Position numbers and translations under genes: made by a program. The notes below the pieces were generated by a model. It was not told where the DNA came from. It made no database searches and worked only from the letters and a program-made list of their open reading frames with translations. Below are positions 1 to 13,069 of a stretch of DNA of 64,000 nucleotides, piece after piece; position 1 is the stretch's first letter; each line of letters opens with the position of its first letter. Source of the DNA: Styela clava (lineage: Eukaryota); the NCBI RefSeq assembly GCF_964204865.1, contig NC_135257.1, positions 14,756,001 to 14,820,000 on the forward strand, in the 5' to 3' direction.

Positions 1-1595
1 TATTAGTATCTGAAAAATACTTATTCATCGACTTGAAATCCGGTACGGCTCCTGAGTCAGTTGTCGAGGTTACGCCACTCGTGAAAAGAGAAAGTGAGAA
101 AGTGTTTTAATCTGTCGCAGTCCACCCCAAAACAAATCTCATGGTGTTTTCCGTTTCATTTTTAGTATTTTATAATTCCGCTTTTTCAATCAAGAAATTT
201 TTGGTTGCGAACTCACTTCTTTATTATATCTTTAGCACATCGTCGTTGATGATTATATAATAAAAACTAATTCGTTTTCCCCACCAGTGTCATGGTTCCA
301 TGCGAGAACAAAAGAAGCAATTATCATCGTCTTCACGGCACTGAAATATGTCGAGGAAAATTTCTGATTTAGGGAGAATAAACACCGAAATTAAGATTTT
401 CACGGCTAAAATAACACGTCACGCTGACGAAAACAATCGAGATTTATGCAAAATGCAATCGCAAACGTCCTTAGCGACTTTATTTTGCTGTTTTAAGCTA
501 AAAATGTTGATTGAATTTTACGTGTCATATGTAAACGTTTGAGCAGAAAATACATTAAAGCGCAAAAACATACGTTTATTGTGTGTTTAGTTTTACTTAA
601 AACTTAGTTTGACTTTACCTGGTATTGCGAACTGAGCGGAAAAAGGAGAATGTATAATGACCACTATTTGAGTATGGCTTTATACATACGACAGTGAATG
701 GCGAAGTTGTACTCCCATGCGTATTACCCTAAACAATCTGAGCAATGACGCTAGGAGACCAACACTCTTACAGTGTCCTCTTAATATAAAGCAACCTGCC
801 AATCACAAAAGTATATTTTCAAAGAAAAAAAGAGGGGGGCGCGAAGTTTGTAAAATTTTTCAAAGGGGGCGCGGCTCAAAAAGTTCAAGAACCCCTATGG
901 CCAATATAGCATGGGTTTGTAGGAAGAACAAATCATTATTCATTCTAAATAAACATTTTGATTTTCAGTTTATGAGAACTCTTGGAGATAAAAATACAAA
1001 TGCGTAATTAACCCACAATGTAGGCTACGCTCAGATCATAGTTTATGCTCCGATCAAACAAAATATTCGCATCCTGCATGACTCGCTCTCCCATGGAGTA
1101 CAGCTGGTAACAACCCAATTTAAACAACGACGCAATCAATCTGTCTTTCTTTGAAAAACAATCACGGACTTTGTGACAAATAAAACACAGCGACATTAAA
1201 TTGAAACAGTCTAGAATAGGAAAAAAAAGAGAGAAAATGATAGCGCGACGACTGATGAATGATGAATGATGTCATTCCCCGTCATTTGTATTATACTAGC
1301 ATTTCATGATTGGGCACACAAAGATAGTACCAGGTATAAAAGTTATTCTAGTTCATGGACTGTTTATATATCTTACCTCAATCTTCTTGTAATCCACATT
1401 ATATTACAATTATATATACAGTATATCGAATTGGAGTTGTAACAGACCGAGAGGCAACAGCGCCATATTATCAAGTCGCTTTGGCGTTTGTTTTCTCAAA
1501 GGAAAATGTGAAAAATTTATCCTAACCTGTAGTGACGTAGTCCAACAACGCTAAATTCAGTTGTCAGTAGTTCTTAGTGGCAATACTGAAATAGG

Positions 1596-1706
1596 TGGGC
1601 TCCAGGAGTATGCGCACCAAGATGTCGCACAACCTGAATTTTAACCGGTACACACATACTATATTCAGGTTGTGCGCCATCTTGGTGCGCATACTTTTCG
1701 AGGTCC
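1596..1706. mobile_element. Short palindromic MITE, same TIR family as 20495-20730
   Basis: Arms AGTATGCGCACCAAGATGTCGCACAACCTGAAT / ATTCAGGTTGTGCGCCATCTTGGTGCGCATACT; flanked by near-duplicate 8-mers GAAATAGG and GAAATAAG. Confidence 0.75.
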
Positions 1707-2126
1707 GAAATAAGTTTACTGTCCGGGAATAGTTGTGTATCTGTTTATAATACTTACACGATACAAAATAGTGATTTATAAGAGGATGGGGAACTGAGGT
1801 ACAAACTTGACAAAACATCCTCAAAATAAGCGCCAAAAATATTGCAATGAGACATAGAGAGCGGTTTCATACATTGTACGGTATGTCATATTCTCAGCTT
1901 AGATTACGATCTGGTGTTTATATCCCATTTTGCTCACTAAGCGGCACTCTTGGAGGCAGGGAATTTTCCCGAGTTATAGCCTGTTTGCGGTGTTTTGCGC
2001 TGTATTCAGTAAGTAGTAAGACCGGTTTGGCTATGGTTGTAACGTATTCGCGTTGGTGTCATTCAGTCATAGCATAGACTTGTGTTTTCTTCTGAAGCGA
2101 TAACTCACGACTTCATAGTATGAATC

Positions 2127-5100
2127 ATGAATAATAACAGCCCACGAAAGAATAATGGATATGCCCGTTTTGCTTCCAAGCCAAGTTACGACCAACAAGA
2201 AGTTGGATTAATTGCAGGTGAAGTTACCGTACATTCTTCTCATCAAAATGTTTTTTTTAGGATTTTTGGAATTCTATCTTAGGTAAACTGAGGCCCATAA
2301 GTTATATATTTTTTAAATCACTTTATTGCACTGTGTGGAAGATGAAAACAGGATTATTTAGAAATCTAGCTGCTTACTTTAAACTACTAACTAATACATA
2401 GGTCTGTAGGCGCACGTTCATGAGCTGTTCTTACTTGTTTTAACACAATATTTGATTCACAGATGATGATGACACTGTGGATGATTTGGTTTACAGGGAT
2501 GATGTCAATGGCAGGGATAAACCAGATGAGAATACTGAAACAAAGTAAGTATCCTATTCAGCATTTGATATTCTTATTACAGCGATAGCAGCTCATGTGT
2601 ATTATTGGAATATTAGCTTGAAAGTATTGAAAATAAATATTGTTTGAAAATTTGTCTGCTATGTATAATTATGTATTTGGCATTTTGTTCCAGCCTGTCC
2701 TGGCTTCCTTATGTTAAAGGTTTTATTTCAGCTAAGATAATAAATGAAGGTGTAATCATCTATTAACATCAAGATTTGTGTTATATCTCATGAATGCAAT
2801 ACTTGGTTTACTAAACTACTCTGCGATGTCTAACTTAACTTGGAAATTTGAAGAATCTTTGTGAGTAATATCAAATTCAAAAATCAAATTTTTCTTTCAG
2901 ATATTCAATGCGAGTGAGTATGGAGAGGATGAATGGTGTTAATGTCAAAACAACGCATTCCACAAGTTGCAAGTTGAAGTTTATTGTTACATTATGTGGC
3001 TCCATTATAATAATCGGCATGATTCTTATTTTACATTTCTACAATAATCGCCCAAAGACTATCAGCATTGGGGATGGACCCTATGGTCTTGCACAACTGT
3101 GTTTACATGACAGGTCTCTGAAAATTTTAGACCACATGAAGAATATTAAAATGGAAATCTCAATTGCAGGAGATTATTTTCCTTCAATTGAATATGACCA
3201 AGCGTATAACTGTAACGAAGATCCAGCAACTATGTCTGGTATGTGCTTGAGATGGCCTGAACATAATACCACATTGAGCATTATTTCGGTGAAAATTCCG
3301 ATTTCTTCGTCACCGAGTGATGCTCTTCAGTGCTTAAAGGTTTCATGGTCTTACAAGCATAATAACATACCTGAAGATTGTATATATCTAGACAGTGTTG
3401 ATAATGGTGAAATAATCGGACAAAATGTCTGGTTTGATACTCAAAATTATGTTCTCTGGCCTCAAATTCAAGATTCATCATGTGTTAAGACATGTTCTCA
3501 TTATGTTACTGGAAGTCAAGTCGGTGCCACTGAAAAAGCACATAAAGATATGGGTGGCACAGTTGTAGAACCACTTTGGATGTCATCACAAGCATTACTA
3601 GTGAAAGCATCATTACATGATCCTCTTCTTGCTTGTAGCTATTTATGTCATAACGCTACCCGATCAAAATTGTGTCTGAAAACAAGGGACGATGACAGCC
3701 ATCATTTATTGGCACATTCTGATGTGAAAGAACGAACATCCAATCTGACGTATGTTGTTTGCGCAGCAGAGAATACAAAAGAACTTTATGAGAAGGCAAC
3801 TTCTACTCTTTTAAAACCAGATCTTTCAGTTACTCAAGGTAAACTTTCAAATGTGGTTAATGATGGCGTTTATTTTGAATCTGGCCAGGAGCCTTCTCAT
3901 CTTATGACAGAAAAGAAAAAATTGACAGAATCTTGCTCTTTTCTATTCAAACGTCCTTTGTGGAACATTGTTTTTAACAAAGATAATGTTGAAAAAGAGT
4001 TGAATCACATAAAGGAGATTGGTGGAACAGGAATATTATGTAACATGAGTGACATATTCACTGCAATTGGAGATTTCGAATTACGTAATGATTCCAACAT
4101 AAACACAATGACTGTCATTAATTCAATGCATGGTATGGGATTTAAAGTAATGCTGCCAGTTTCACCCTTTGTAAATTTTAATTCTGATAATTTCCAAAAA
4201 GCAGTTTATAAAGATTTTCTCGTCAAAAGTCAGACAAAAGAGGCTCCTGTGCTAACAAATGTTCCAATGTTTGGAAATCGTATTTATCCCGGTATTGTTG
4301 ATTTCACAAACCCTGAAACTAATGGATGGTTTGCAAAACATGTCGATTTTTTTAAAACAAAATTCAAAATAGATTATATTCACTTATTTTTTGGACAAGC
4401 CTCATGGCTCCCAGCACAATATAGTTTGCATAATCCATTGCATAACCCAAGTTTTTATTCTACATTATATACGAATGTCGGACGACAAATTGGGACTTGC
4501 ACAGTCACTGATGTTGCATTTTCATCGCAAGGGGATCGCCAGATCGTTATGCTTAAAGCAGTAGATGGTTTAGAATCTACTATGAAGTTGGCATTAGCAT
4601 CCGGATTGGCTGGTTATCCCTTTTTCATTCCAAATCTACCCTTTCGCTTGGCAGAAGTGAGCATGATGGGACCAGCTGATTTAGAAGATGGTTTTATTAG
4701 ATGGATCCAACTTGTATCTTTTTTTCCTGTTGCTCATATGCCCTGGGATTTTGATGCCCTAAGTAAAGCTGGAGTGAATTTTACCAGGCTTACCAGTATG
4801 GTTAAAAAGTGCATGAATATCAGGCATGGTCCAGTTGTCGGATCAGCACTGGAAGCTGCCATGCAAGATGCAGATAAAGGTGGCTCAATACCTATCATCT
4901 CCCCTTTATGGATGGCTGCTAATGTTCCACCAGTTTCTGAAGGCAAATTTGAAATTGAAAGAATTTATAAAATCCAAGATCAATTCATGATTGGTGAAAA
5001 TATAATGTTTGCGCCAGTATTGCAAATGGGGCAACGTTCTAGATCTGTATATTTTCCTGCTGGCCAGTGGACGGAATTGAATAAACCAGGAAGCAAAATA

Positions 5101-5178
5101 GGTTCAGATGGTAGACTTTGGCTTAGTGATTACAGAGTTGATTTAGATGACATTCTAATATTTGTACGTAAAATTTAA
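2127..5178 (+). CDS. MYORG: MYORG/KIAA1161-like glycoside hydrolase family 31 type II membrane protein, probably catalytically inactive; join(2127..2217,2463..2544,2901..5178)
   Basis: 756-aa ORF at 2908-5178 with an N-terminal TM helix (FIVTLCGSIIIIGMILILHF) and MYORG-type motifs (GGTVVEPLW, DFTNP, GYPFFIP, FIRW, QDQFMIGENIMFAPVL, VYFPAGQW, DYRVDLDD). Two upstream exons (MNNNSPRK...; DDDDTVDD...) join in frame through GT-AG introns of phase 1 and 2. Confidence 0.88.
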
Positions 5179-7313
5179 CCCTGCTCAGTGTTATAAATGT
5201 TGTCACAGATATTTGTAATACAATCGAATATCCCAATAATTTATATTGCATTTCCCTAAATATAAAATTCATTCTTTATCAAATTATTTGCCATGGATGG
5301 TGTATCTTAATTGAGTATTGGCCCATAGTTGATTACAGGTAAAACAAACTCATTACCTAATTAAAATTACATTCTATTTTTGATAGCAGCATAAATATAT
5401 ATTATCACAAAAGCATGCCAGTTTATACCGATCATATGTACATATGGAAATGATGAATCACATATGCCGGTATCATGCCAACACATTTCCTTCTTTTGTG
5501 CAATTCAATACATCCTGTTGTAAATGATACCACATACAACTCTGAAGCAAATAACATGTGTAATATATTTAACATATTTATAAAGTGCAGTATGCTTGTT
5601 ATTTATTGTTTTTTTTCAACAATTTTTCTTTGAAATAGTATAAGATGATAGTATCCTGATGGTCTACTGCAATATGTTTTCCTTTCCAAGCAGTTTGATG
5701 AATATAGTTCCATTTACCCAATATGTAATCCTATTTTCAATGCCAAAAATATCCAAACTGCCCCCTGATTTAACTGAAACAATTCAACTATTTTCATTTC
5801 AAGTGATAAAGCATTCTATTATATTAATTATTGTTAGTGCTGCTTTTGGGATTTTTTTTAATCTGAGAAAATTTTATTTTGTAAAATTTCATTTCCTTGG
5901 AATAAGTTTACTTCAATAACAAATATTCAATGATCCTGTATTTGGCACTCTACCCAAGCTAAAAATTAATCCCTCTAGTTAAATTATGATTTTTTTTTCT
6001 GTATTTTCTTAGTTTATTCCTGTGTGAAGTATTGATGCAAAACATTTACATTTGTAAATTTGTATTAAATATTATTTGATGTGACCAACAACTTTTGTTA
6101 TTGCTTTGAATGTGTCTGTTTTTTTTGTTCTGTAAATGTCTTCCAATACACAACTATCTTAAAAAAAAACGATTGTGAGGCATGATGTCACTGCATTTGT
6201 ATACAATATTGATTGGCTGGTATTTGTGGCATCAAATTAATGCATTTGAAAATGCCGCTTATAGGGTTGATTTAGGCCAAGATAATTTTTTCTAAATGAA
6301 ATTTTATAAAATGAAAAATATTTGATTTTTTTTATTTTAGATTGAAGAAAATTTTTCATTTGAAAAAATTTTCTGGTGCATTCACAAGGCCCATGGAACA
6401 CGTCTAATATTTTCTTTATCATATAACAGCATTATCTTATATTTCTTTGCTAAATCATCTAGTTACGATCAACCATGATAGGTATGAGCACATTAAAAGC
6501 GAGCATTCTAAAATTGATCAGCATCTTGCCATTTTTTTGACTGCCTATTACTAACCATGACATCTATAAGTATAAAAATTGATTATATCTTGCTATTTTT
6601 ATGACTGCCTGAATTTTTGCATTTCTTTTCTTGACTCTAGTGATTTCATTATATTTTGTCAATTATTGCTGAGAACATATTGCTTTGAATTTTTAATGTT
6701 TCTAACATTGTACCAAAATACATGTATAGCATATTATTGTCCGAGCACACGTGGATGAACAATATATGAAATTAGAGAGTCTAATTATGGATAATGTCAG
6801 TTAGTAATCTACATAGGGTTCAATATTTATATGTATTTATTTTACAATCACATTTTCATAATATACACATGGAAAATTAATTTCTGTAAACGTCCCTTCT
6901 GTGAATGACAGCTCTATTTGTTCTGTTTTAGTTTAGTGATTACCGGTATATATTTCAAAATTAAATCAACCACGGAAGCCCGTCTAGTCTTAGGTATGAT
7001 ATCCTATTTGATTGCATTCTGAATTTTGCCATACTGTTCTCTTTTATCATATTTCAAATAATGTCAAGTTATACCGTTTTTGTTGTGCAATGAAAAATAG
7101 TTTTCAGAGATATTTACAATTACATGGTACGCGATGGAACAATCTCAATCTCATAATTTTCAATGTTGGGTTGTGAAGCAAGCGCTGTGGTCGAATACAC
7201 ATCGTTAGTCACACGCAATAGCTTTTTGCACTTAGTGTTCGATGATGGCTTCGATCTCCCTCTTTCTGCGTGTGATCTTGCTTTTCCTTGAAAAAAGTTG
7301 TCGTTTTCCTCCT

Positions 7314-9184
7314 CAGTGGTTCCCAACCCTTTTACATATCGCGGCCCACTATTGAGCACTTTAAATATTCTCGGCACATCTATAACAAAACATGAACACT
7401 CCTACTGATAAAGCCAGTTTGTTATTAATAATAAACAAAGGAGATCAGATAAAGGGAATTTTATTCAATTAGATACAACATACCCTGTGTTTAGTAACAG
7501 GTATAGATATAATAATAATAGTGAATGTCAGTAGGACTGTTATGGCCGGAGCCTCTTTACTACTGCTGTAATGCGGGACGAATGTGAAGGAGACATGCTC
7601 CCAACTCTTTGTGAGATACATACTCTTAACGCAGGCGAGAGGGGCCCCAATAATTTCGTCTATATTTAAACACGTGTTGTTCCCGCTTCAAAAAAAATAT
7701 CATTCCCGAAAAGTATGATATTCATTCCCGAAAAGTATGATATCCCGATATTATAACTGTTTTCTTACAACAATGTACACAAGAGCGCCTTTGGAGCACC
7801 TCACATTTTTGTAAAAGATCCGCGGCCGCACGGGTTACACGTGGTCTTTAAACGCCCCGCCGATCACGCGCTCCGGTTTTGCCAAAGTGACTATAAACTT
7901 TATAGTCACTTTGGGTTTTGCTCGCCTTTCCACGTTACGCCCTTATTATTAACACAGGCATTCACTTTTGTACCTACGGTATTTCTTTTTTGTTACAATA
8001 TAATATGTTTCTCCCACTGCCAAAATCATTTAATAGTGTTATTGTCGGCACTTGCGAGAAATGAAAATGGCAAACAAACTGTATTTAATTTAATTAACTG
8101 TATCGCTAAAAAACAACAAATTGATTTAAAGTTGTTATAAACCGCTGGACGTATCTTTTCACGTTGTGAATTTCGTGCAAGGCCCGGGCATATGTTAATG
8201 GCAAATATCATAGCATTTATTATGTCGAAACACTAATTCGACTTTTCAGACCGCAGAAACTATTCAAAAAAGGTAAACGTTTTTGTGTTAGAGATATGAA
8301 ATAATCGTCAATTCCACCACGCTTTCGTCAAGTCGTGCAATTTACTAAATTTCAAGACGGTTTTCATGAATTTCATTACATCAGTGTTTGAACTACTGGC
8401 GTGATCGCAAGGGAGGGCAAAATAGAATATATTCATCGATTCGAATATTTTTAACGAATTGTCAAATATCGGGTATTTTTATTATATATACAACACGCAT
8501 CCAGAACGCTAAACATTCTAATGTTGGTGAGCTATTTCTGACAAATTATTACACAACGGCGAACGTCGAAGTGTGGCTTTATATTCCTGGGAGAACTAAG
8601 CGTTCACATAGGCGACATGTGTTAAAAACAGCTAGTAAGGAGTGAATTAGGTATTTTATTCCGATTTTTATCTTTTGCGCCGGCTTTGATCTTTCTCCCC
8701 ACCGTTTGTAAATTACCTTTTCCTATTTTAAGCTGACAATATTACCATTTCTGACGCCGGAATGCGGATATCTAAGAAGACGATATAGTTGACTTTCTTA
8801 TGATTTTACTTTTCCTTTCTGCGTGTTTTATTTTCCTATTAAATAGTGTATAAAAACCCGACAGAGTTATTGCTTGAATCCTGAATGTTATTTTGAGTTT
8901 AAATAACGATCCAATAAATCGGCAATAATGCTAGTCAAATAATAATTCCCTGGTTAAATTGGGTACCTTGTTTGACATTTTCAATTTTACGAAACGGTGT
9001 TGAACTAATACCCAAATACGACTCCTCAATTTTGTCGTTTCTGTTAGCAAGAGCCGTGGGGTCATTTCACGTAATTGAAGGGATTGGAAATTGGAATAAC
9101 TCGAAATAAATTCAAAAATGAAATCTCTCCGTAGCACACCAAAATCATTTCGCGGCACATTGGCACTGTGGTTGGGAACCAGTG
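7314..9184. mobile_element. Putative non-autonomous hAT/Charlie-like element, or two independent element ends
   Basis: CAGTGGTTCCCAACC at 7314 and GGTTGGGAACCAGTG ending at 9184 (14/15 inverted match), both with subterminal CGCGGC(C/A)CA; CpG-richer interior; no matching TSD found. Confidence 0.5.
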
Positions 9185-11256
9185 GTCTAGCTGGTTCGCT
9201 GTTTAAGTTTCAGCAGAAAGAGCATGATTTTTCGAACAGCTTTCTCAGCAGCTCATTATAAATAACTCTTCAGGTGTGATTGATCTCTGCTAACAGCTAT
9301 AACAAACAAAGAGTATATGTATGTATTATATATGAATTTATTACACAAATTTCAAAGATATGTGACGTTCTAAAACCGAAGTGCTCTGTCTAAGGTGGGC
9401 ATATCATACACATATATTCAAAATCGACTCACAATGTCTTTTGAATCATATTCAAACCAATTGTTATATATTGTTACTGAAATGGAAGAATTGACATGAG
9501 AAACACTAATAATAAAAGGGAAAATGAGTAATGATATATGTATTAGTTAAATAATATTACAGTACTTTATTAGGACATAGCTACAATGGACGGAAAAGAA
9601 ACACAAATCAGTGCAAAATAAGCTTTGGCAATAGAAATATGAAATGCATTGTACATAGTATGGCCTGATAACTAATATAAAAAACAAAAAAGCAACTCAT
9701 GTCCGCTTTATTTACAAGTTTTAATAAAAATACCAACTGTACTATTGATTTTAAGGGTAATATAAAGAAAATTTTATGTGCAACTGCTGACACTTTTTCA
9801 TTACTTATTGTCCAGATTACATTTTTTATTATTGGAATATTGATTTGCATACCTAATTCTAACTTTACAATTATCTCTGATAAGATAAAATTTAGCGTTA
9901 TCGTCTCCGTTCTAGTGGGCATGGATTACAACTAAAACTTTGGACTGAACACAGATCTGTTGCCCGTTCCATGGCAGACAATAAGCCGTTGTATGGTGTA
10001 GGGTTAAGTACCGATATTAGTTATAGTATGCATAAATGAGCAAGAAGAAATAAATGAGCAAGAAGTAATAAAACTCTAGTATGATACAAAATTTCATATG
10101 TATTCATAAGTTGATCAATAAATAGCATTTGATAAGAGCGGTAGCTGATGATGACTTTTAAAAAATAAAACATTTATTAAGTATAATATTAACTGCTGTG
10201 TAAAGATCAGAAAAGTAATATGCTGCATGATGGGAGGATAATCAATACAGTGATTAATCCTTTTTTGATAATAATATGAGACAACAGGATTGTTTCATTC
10301 TGCTCCATCAAAATTGTACTTCAATTCCTTACAGATTGTCTCTCATTTAGCAATATATGGACATCTAATTCTCTAAATTTCACTAATGAATTTCAAGTTA
10401 CTGAATTGGTTATTAAATACCACTTCTATTTGAAATGTCCCACAGTTGTTGCATATCAACTTAATAAATTTCTTGCATAATAATTTAGTCAGCACAATTC
10501 TTATCGATTTGACAAAAGTTATAAAATAAAATTACAAAAGGCACAAGCAATAAAATTTTTATGATAAAACTCCCATTCAAAATTGTTTTTCTGGTATTTA
10601 TATAGTTTGACATGTGTTTTCTTACTCCTAAGATTTCGAAAAATTGATAAAATTCAGATAAAATGTACTGGCAGGTTAATGCAGAATATGGACAATATGA
10701 AAAAAATTGACCAATCGCCACATCTGAGGTGAGGTTTGTGAGACATTGTTCACTGTCACATAACAACACTTTTTATAAACAGTAGCATGAAATGTAAATA
10801 AAAGACACCTTCATTTCAATAAAGACTCAGTACAAGAGTCTGCTGTAGGGTATTTAAATGGACAGGAATTGATATTTATTCATTCCAGCGGGCCTCGATC
10901 TGCTTGCATCACAGATTTAAGTCCCATGCCATCATCTCACCCAGGGCGCAACAAATTAGTGCCATGTCCGACCAGAAATTAACTGGCCCTTCAAATGTAG
11001 CAGACCCTCATAACAACAGTATTTCGGGCAATAGTTAAAAAATTCTTTTTTGTAAGTATTTGACAGAAAGTTCAAAACAGTGGTTCCATTCATGTATGAA
11101 TAGTCCAATATGCAATATGAATAATTGTCATAAAATAGCAGGCTACAGTAGATATACGACTAGATTTATTCTAAGTGTTATGTTAAATAATCATGATATG
11201 ATACTTGAAGCGATTTTTCAACAATTCACATATATGAAGAAAAAATGCAACTAAAG

Positions 11257-11562
11257 CAGGGGTGTGCAAACTTTATTACATAAGGGGCCCGCTTGATATA
11301 ACTGGGTGGAACCGTGGGCCGCACCTTTCTTTAACATAGGCTTTCTAGTAGTTGCAAGCACAAAATGTTGGTTATTGATTTTATGATATGCCTTATTAGG
11401 GCACTGTAAAGTCATATAGGCGTAGAGAATAAATTGGACTCGGGTATAAGCTTTGCAACGAAAGGGAATTACCAAAGTAAAAACTCTTTTCCCAGGCCAC
11501 ACATCATTCAAAATTGGCACTTCTCTGCAGGCCGCATTTTGCTCCCAGGTTGCACACCCTTG
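11257..11562. mobile_element. hAT-type MITE in the FAM3-1 3' UTR region
   Basis: TIRs CAGGGGTGTGCAA / TTGCACACCCTTG; perfect 8-bp TSD AACTAAAG. Confidence 0.9.
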
Positions 11563-11613
11563 AACTAAAGGGAAGACAGAAAAATAGTTGTCTATACTAT
11601 ATTGATGTTACAC

Positions 11614-12372
11614 TTACAACATTGGAATACATTCTTCTAGTGTGATAGCAGCAGGCCAATTCCCATATTTGTTTTTATCTTTTTCACTGCGAATATACTT
11701 TTCAAAAACTTTGTCAAGTTTTTTACCTGCTACAAATATCCAATTATCCCGAAAACCCAATGTTTTACATTCCGTGCTGCCTAATTTTGCTAACATATCT
11801 TTTGTACTATCTTTCAAACGCTGAGTTGCATCATCATAAGTTGTCATAATAATGACTTCATTTTCATCAAGTTCATTGAGAAAAGTTTCAAATTCTGTAC
11901 TATCAACTTCATATAAATCAAAAACCTTAGTTCTCAACATTGCTCCAGTTCTTCCATCAATGACAGCAACATTCAATCCACGATTAACATTTCCCTTTGA
12001 ATTACTTAGGATCCATGTACCGCCAACACAAATGGATGGACCGATGATATTGGCAGCACCACTGACTATTTGAACAGGTAGTTCCTTTTCTGCATTACAT
12101 TTGATTTTCATATCACATACCTGGTTTGCCATTTGTACTTCTGGAAGTTGGGGAGGTTCTCGATTAATCTTCTTAGGAGATTCTTTCTTTTCATAATTTA
12201 TTTCGACAGCTTTTTCTCCCTGTCTGGCTTCTAGAACCTCTTGCACATCCTCCTCTATGATTTCGCTGGCAGTGAGTTTATTAACAATGTGTATATATGT
12301 ATTCACAGTGTATGCTACTGCGAGAATTGCACCAGCAACAAGAAGCAACTTCAAAATGTTGGAAGCTCTCAT
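11614..12372 (-). CDS. FAM3: FAM3-family (ILEI/PANDER domain) protein, paralog 1, intronless CDS
   Basis: Signal anchor, charged stalk, then the ILEI motifs SGAANIIGPSIC, NRGLNVAV, FDLY, TYDDA, LGS, FRDNWIF, KNKYGNWP and LEECIP; four conserved Cys; acceptor TTTCAATTTAG 7 nt before the ATG. Confidence 0.92.
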   Translation of the reverse strand: MRASNILKLLLVAGAILAVAYTVNTYIHIVNKLTASEIIEEDVQEVLEARQGEKAVEINYEKKESPKKINREPPQLPEVQMANQVCDMKIKCNAEKELPVQIVSGAANIIGPSICVGGTWILSNSKGNVNRGLNVAVIDGRTGAMLRTKVFDLYEVDSTEFETFLNELDENEVIIMTTYDDATQRLKDSTKDMLAKLGSTECKTLGFRDNWIFVAGKKLDKVFEKYIRSEKDKNKYGNWPAAITLEECIPML

Positions 12373-13002
12373 CGTTAACCTAAATTGAAAAAGTGCAAAT
12401 ATATTTTGAGTATTAAGGTTTTATTTTGAGTTCCAGCATATCACAGTCACCACCATACACATAATAAAGCATGTATATCCAAAGCTTTATAAAATTTAAT
12501 AATAATTGATACATAATATAAACTGATTAAACCAGGAAGGAGTGTGCAACCTGCATGCTAAATGCTAGCTTGTGCCAAAGTGACTATTCCCTTTGGCTTG
12601 TGCAAAATGAACAACGCATGTCTTAATATCATTAACCAAAATTTTGAGCTTGTAACTACCAGAAAGCCTATGTTAAATAAGGTGCAGACCGCGGTTTCAA
12701 CCTGTTACTTGTATCTGGCCCACCTGTACTAAAAGTATCACACCTTGAATTAATTATTAAACAATAATCATTTGAGTGTTGCCTAAGCTTCGCTCACAGA
12801 TCATTCTTTTTAATTTCTGAGTGAGTTCTAGTGACCTTGTTTTGAGCAAATATCCTAAAAAAATCAACTTCGCACCCTTCTGCCCTTCTATTCATATTTT
12901 GTATCAGAAAAGAAAAAGTAAAACAGCAGAAGCACAATGCATACTAATCCCTTGAAATCAATCACAGGCATGCTGAATATCAAAAAACAACTTTGCACTT
13001 AC

Positions 13003-13069
13003 CGTTTCTAGCTACTTTTCAACTTGCATTATTCGTTGAATTTAAAAATAATATTTATCGAAATATCAT
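13003..13069 (-). other. Predicted non-coding 5' UTR exon of FAM3 paralog 1
   Basis: On the minus strand it is bounded by acceptor TTTTTATTTATATCAG and donor ACG|GTAAGT. Confidence 0.5.

Noticed and set aside
1372-1500. Minus-strand exon ending GAG|GTAAGA, possibly the first exon of a gene divergent from MYORG
   Set aside because: No recognisable coding sequence or downstream exon within the window.
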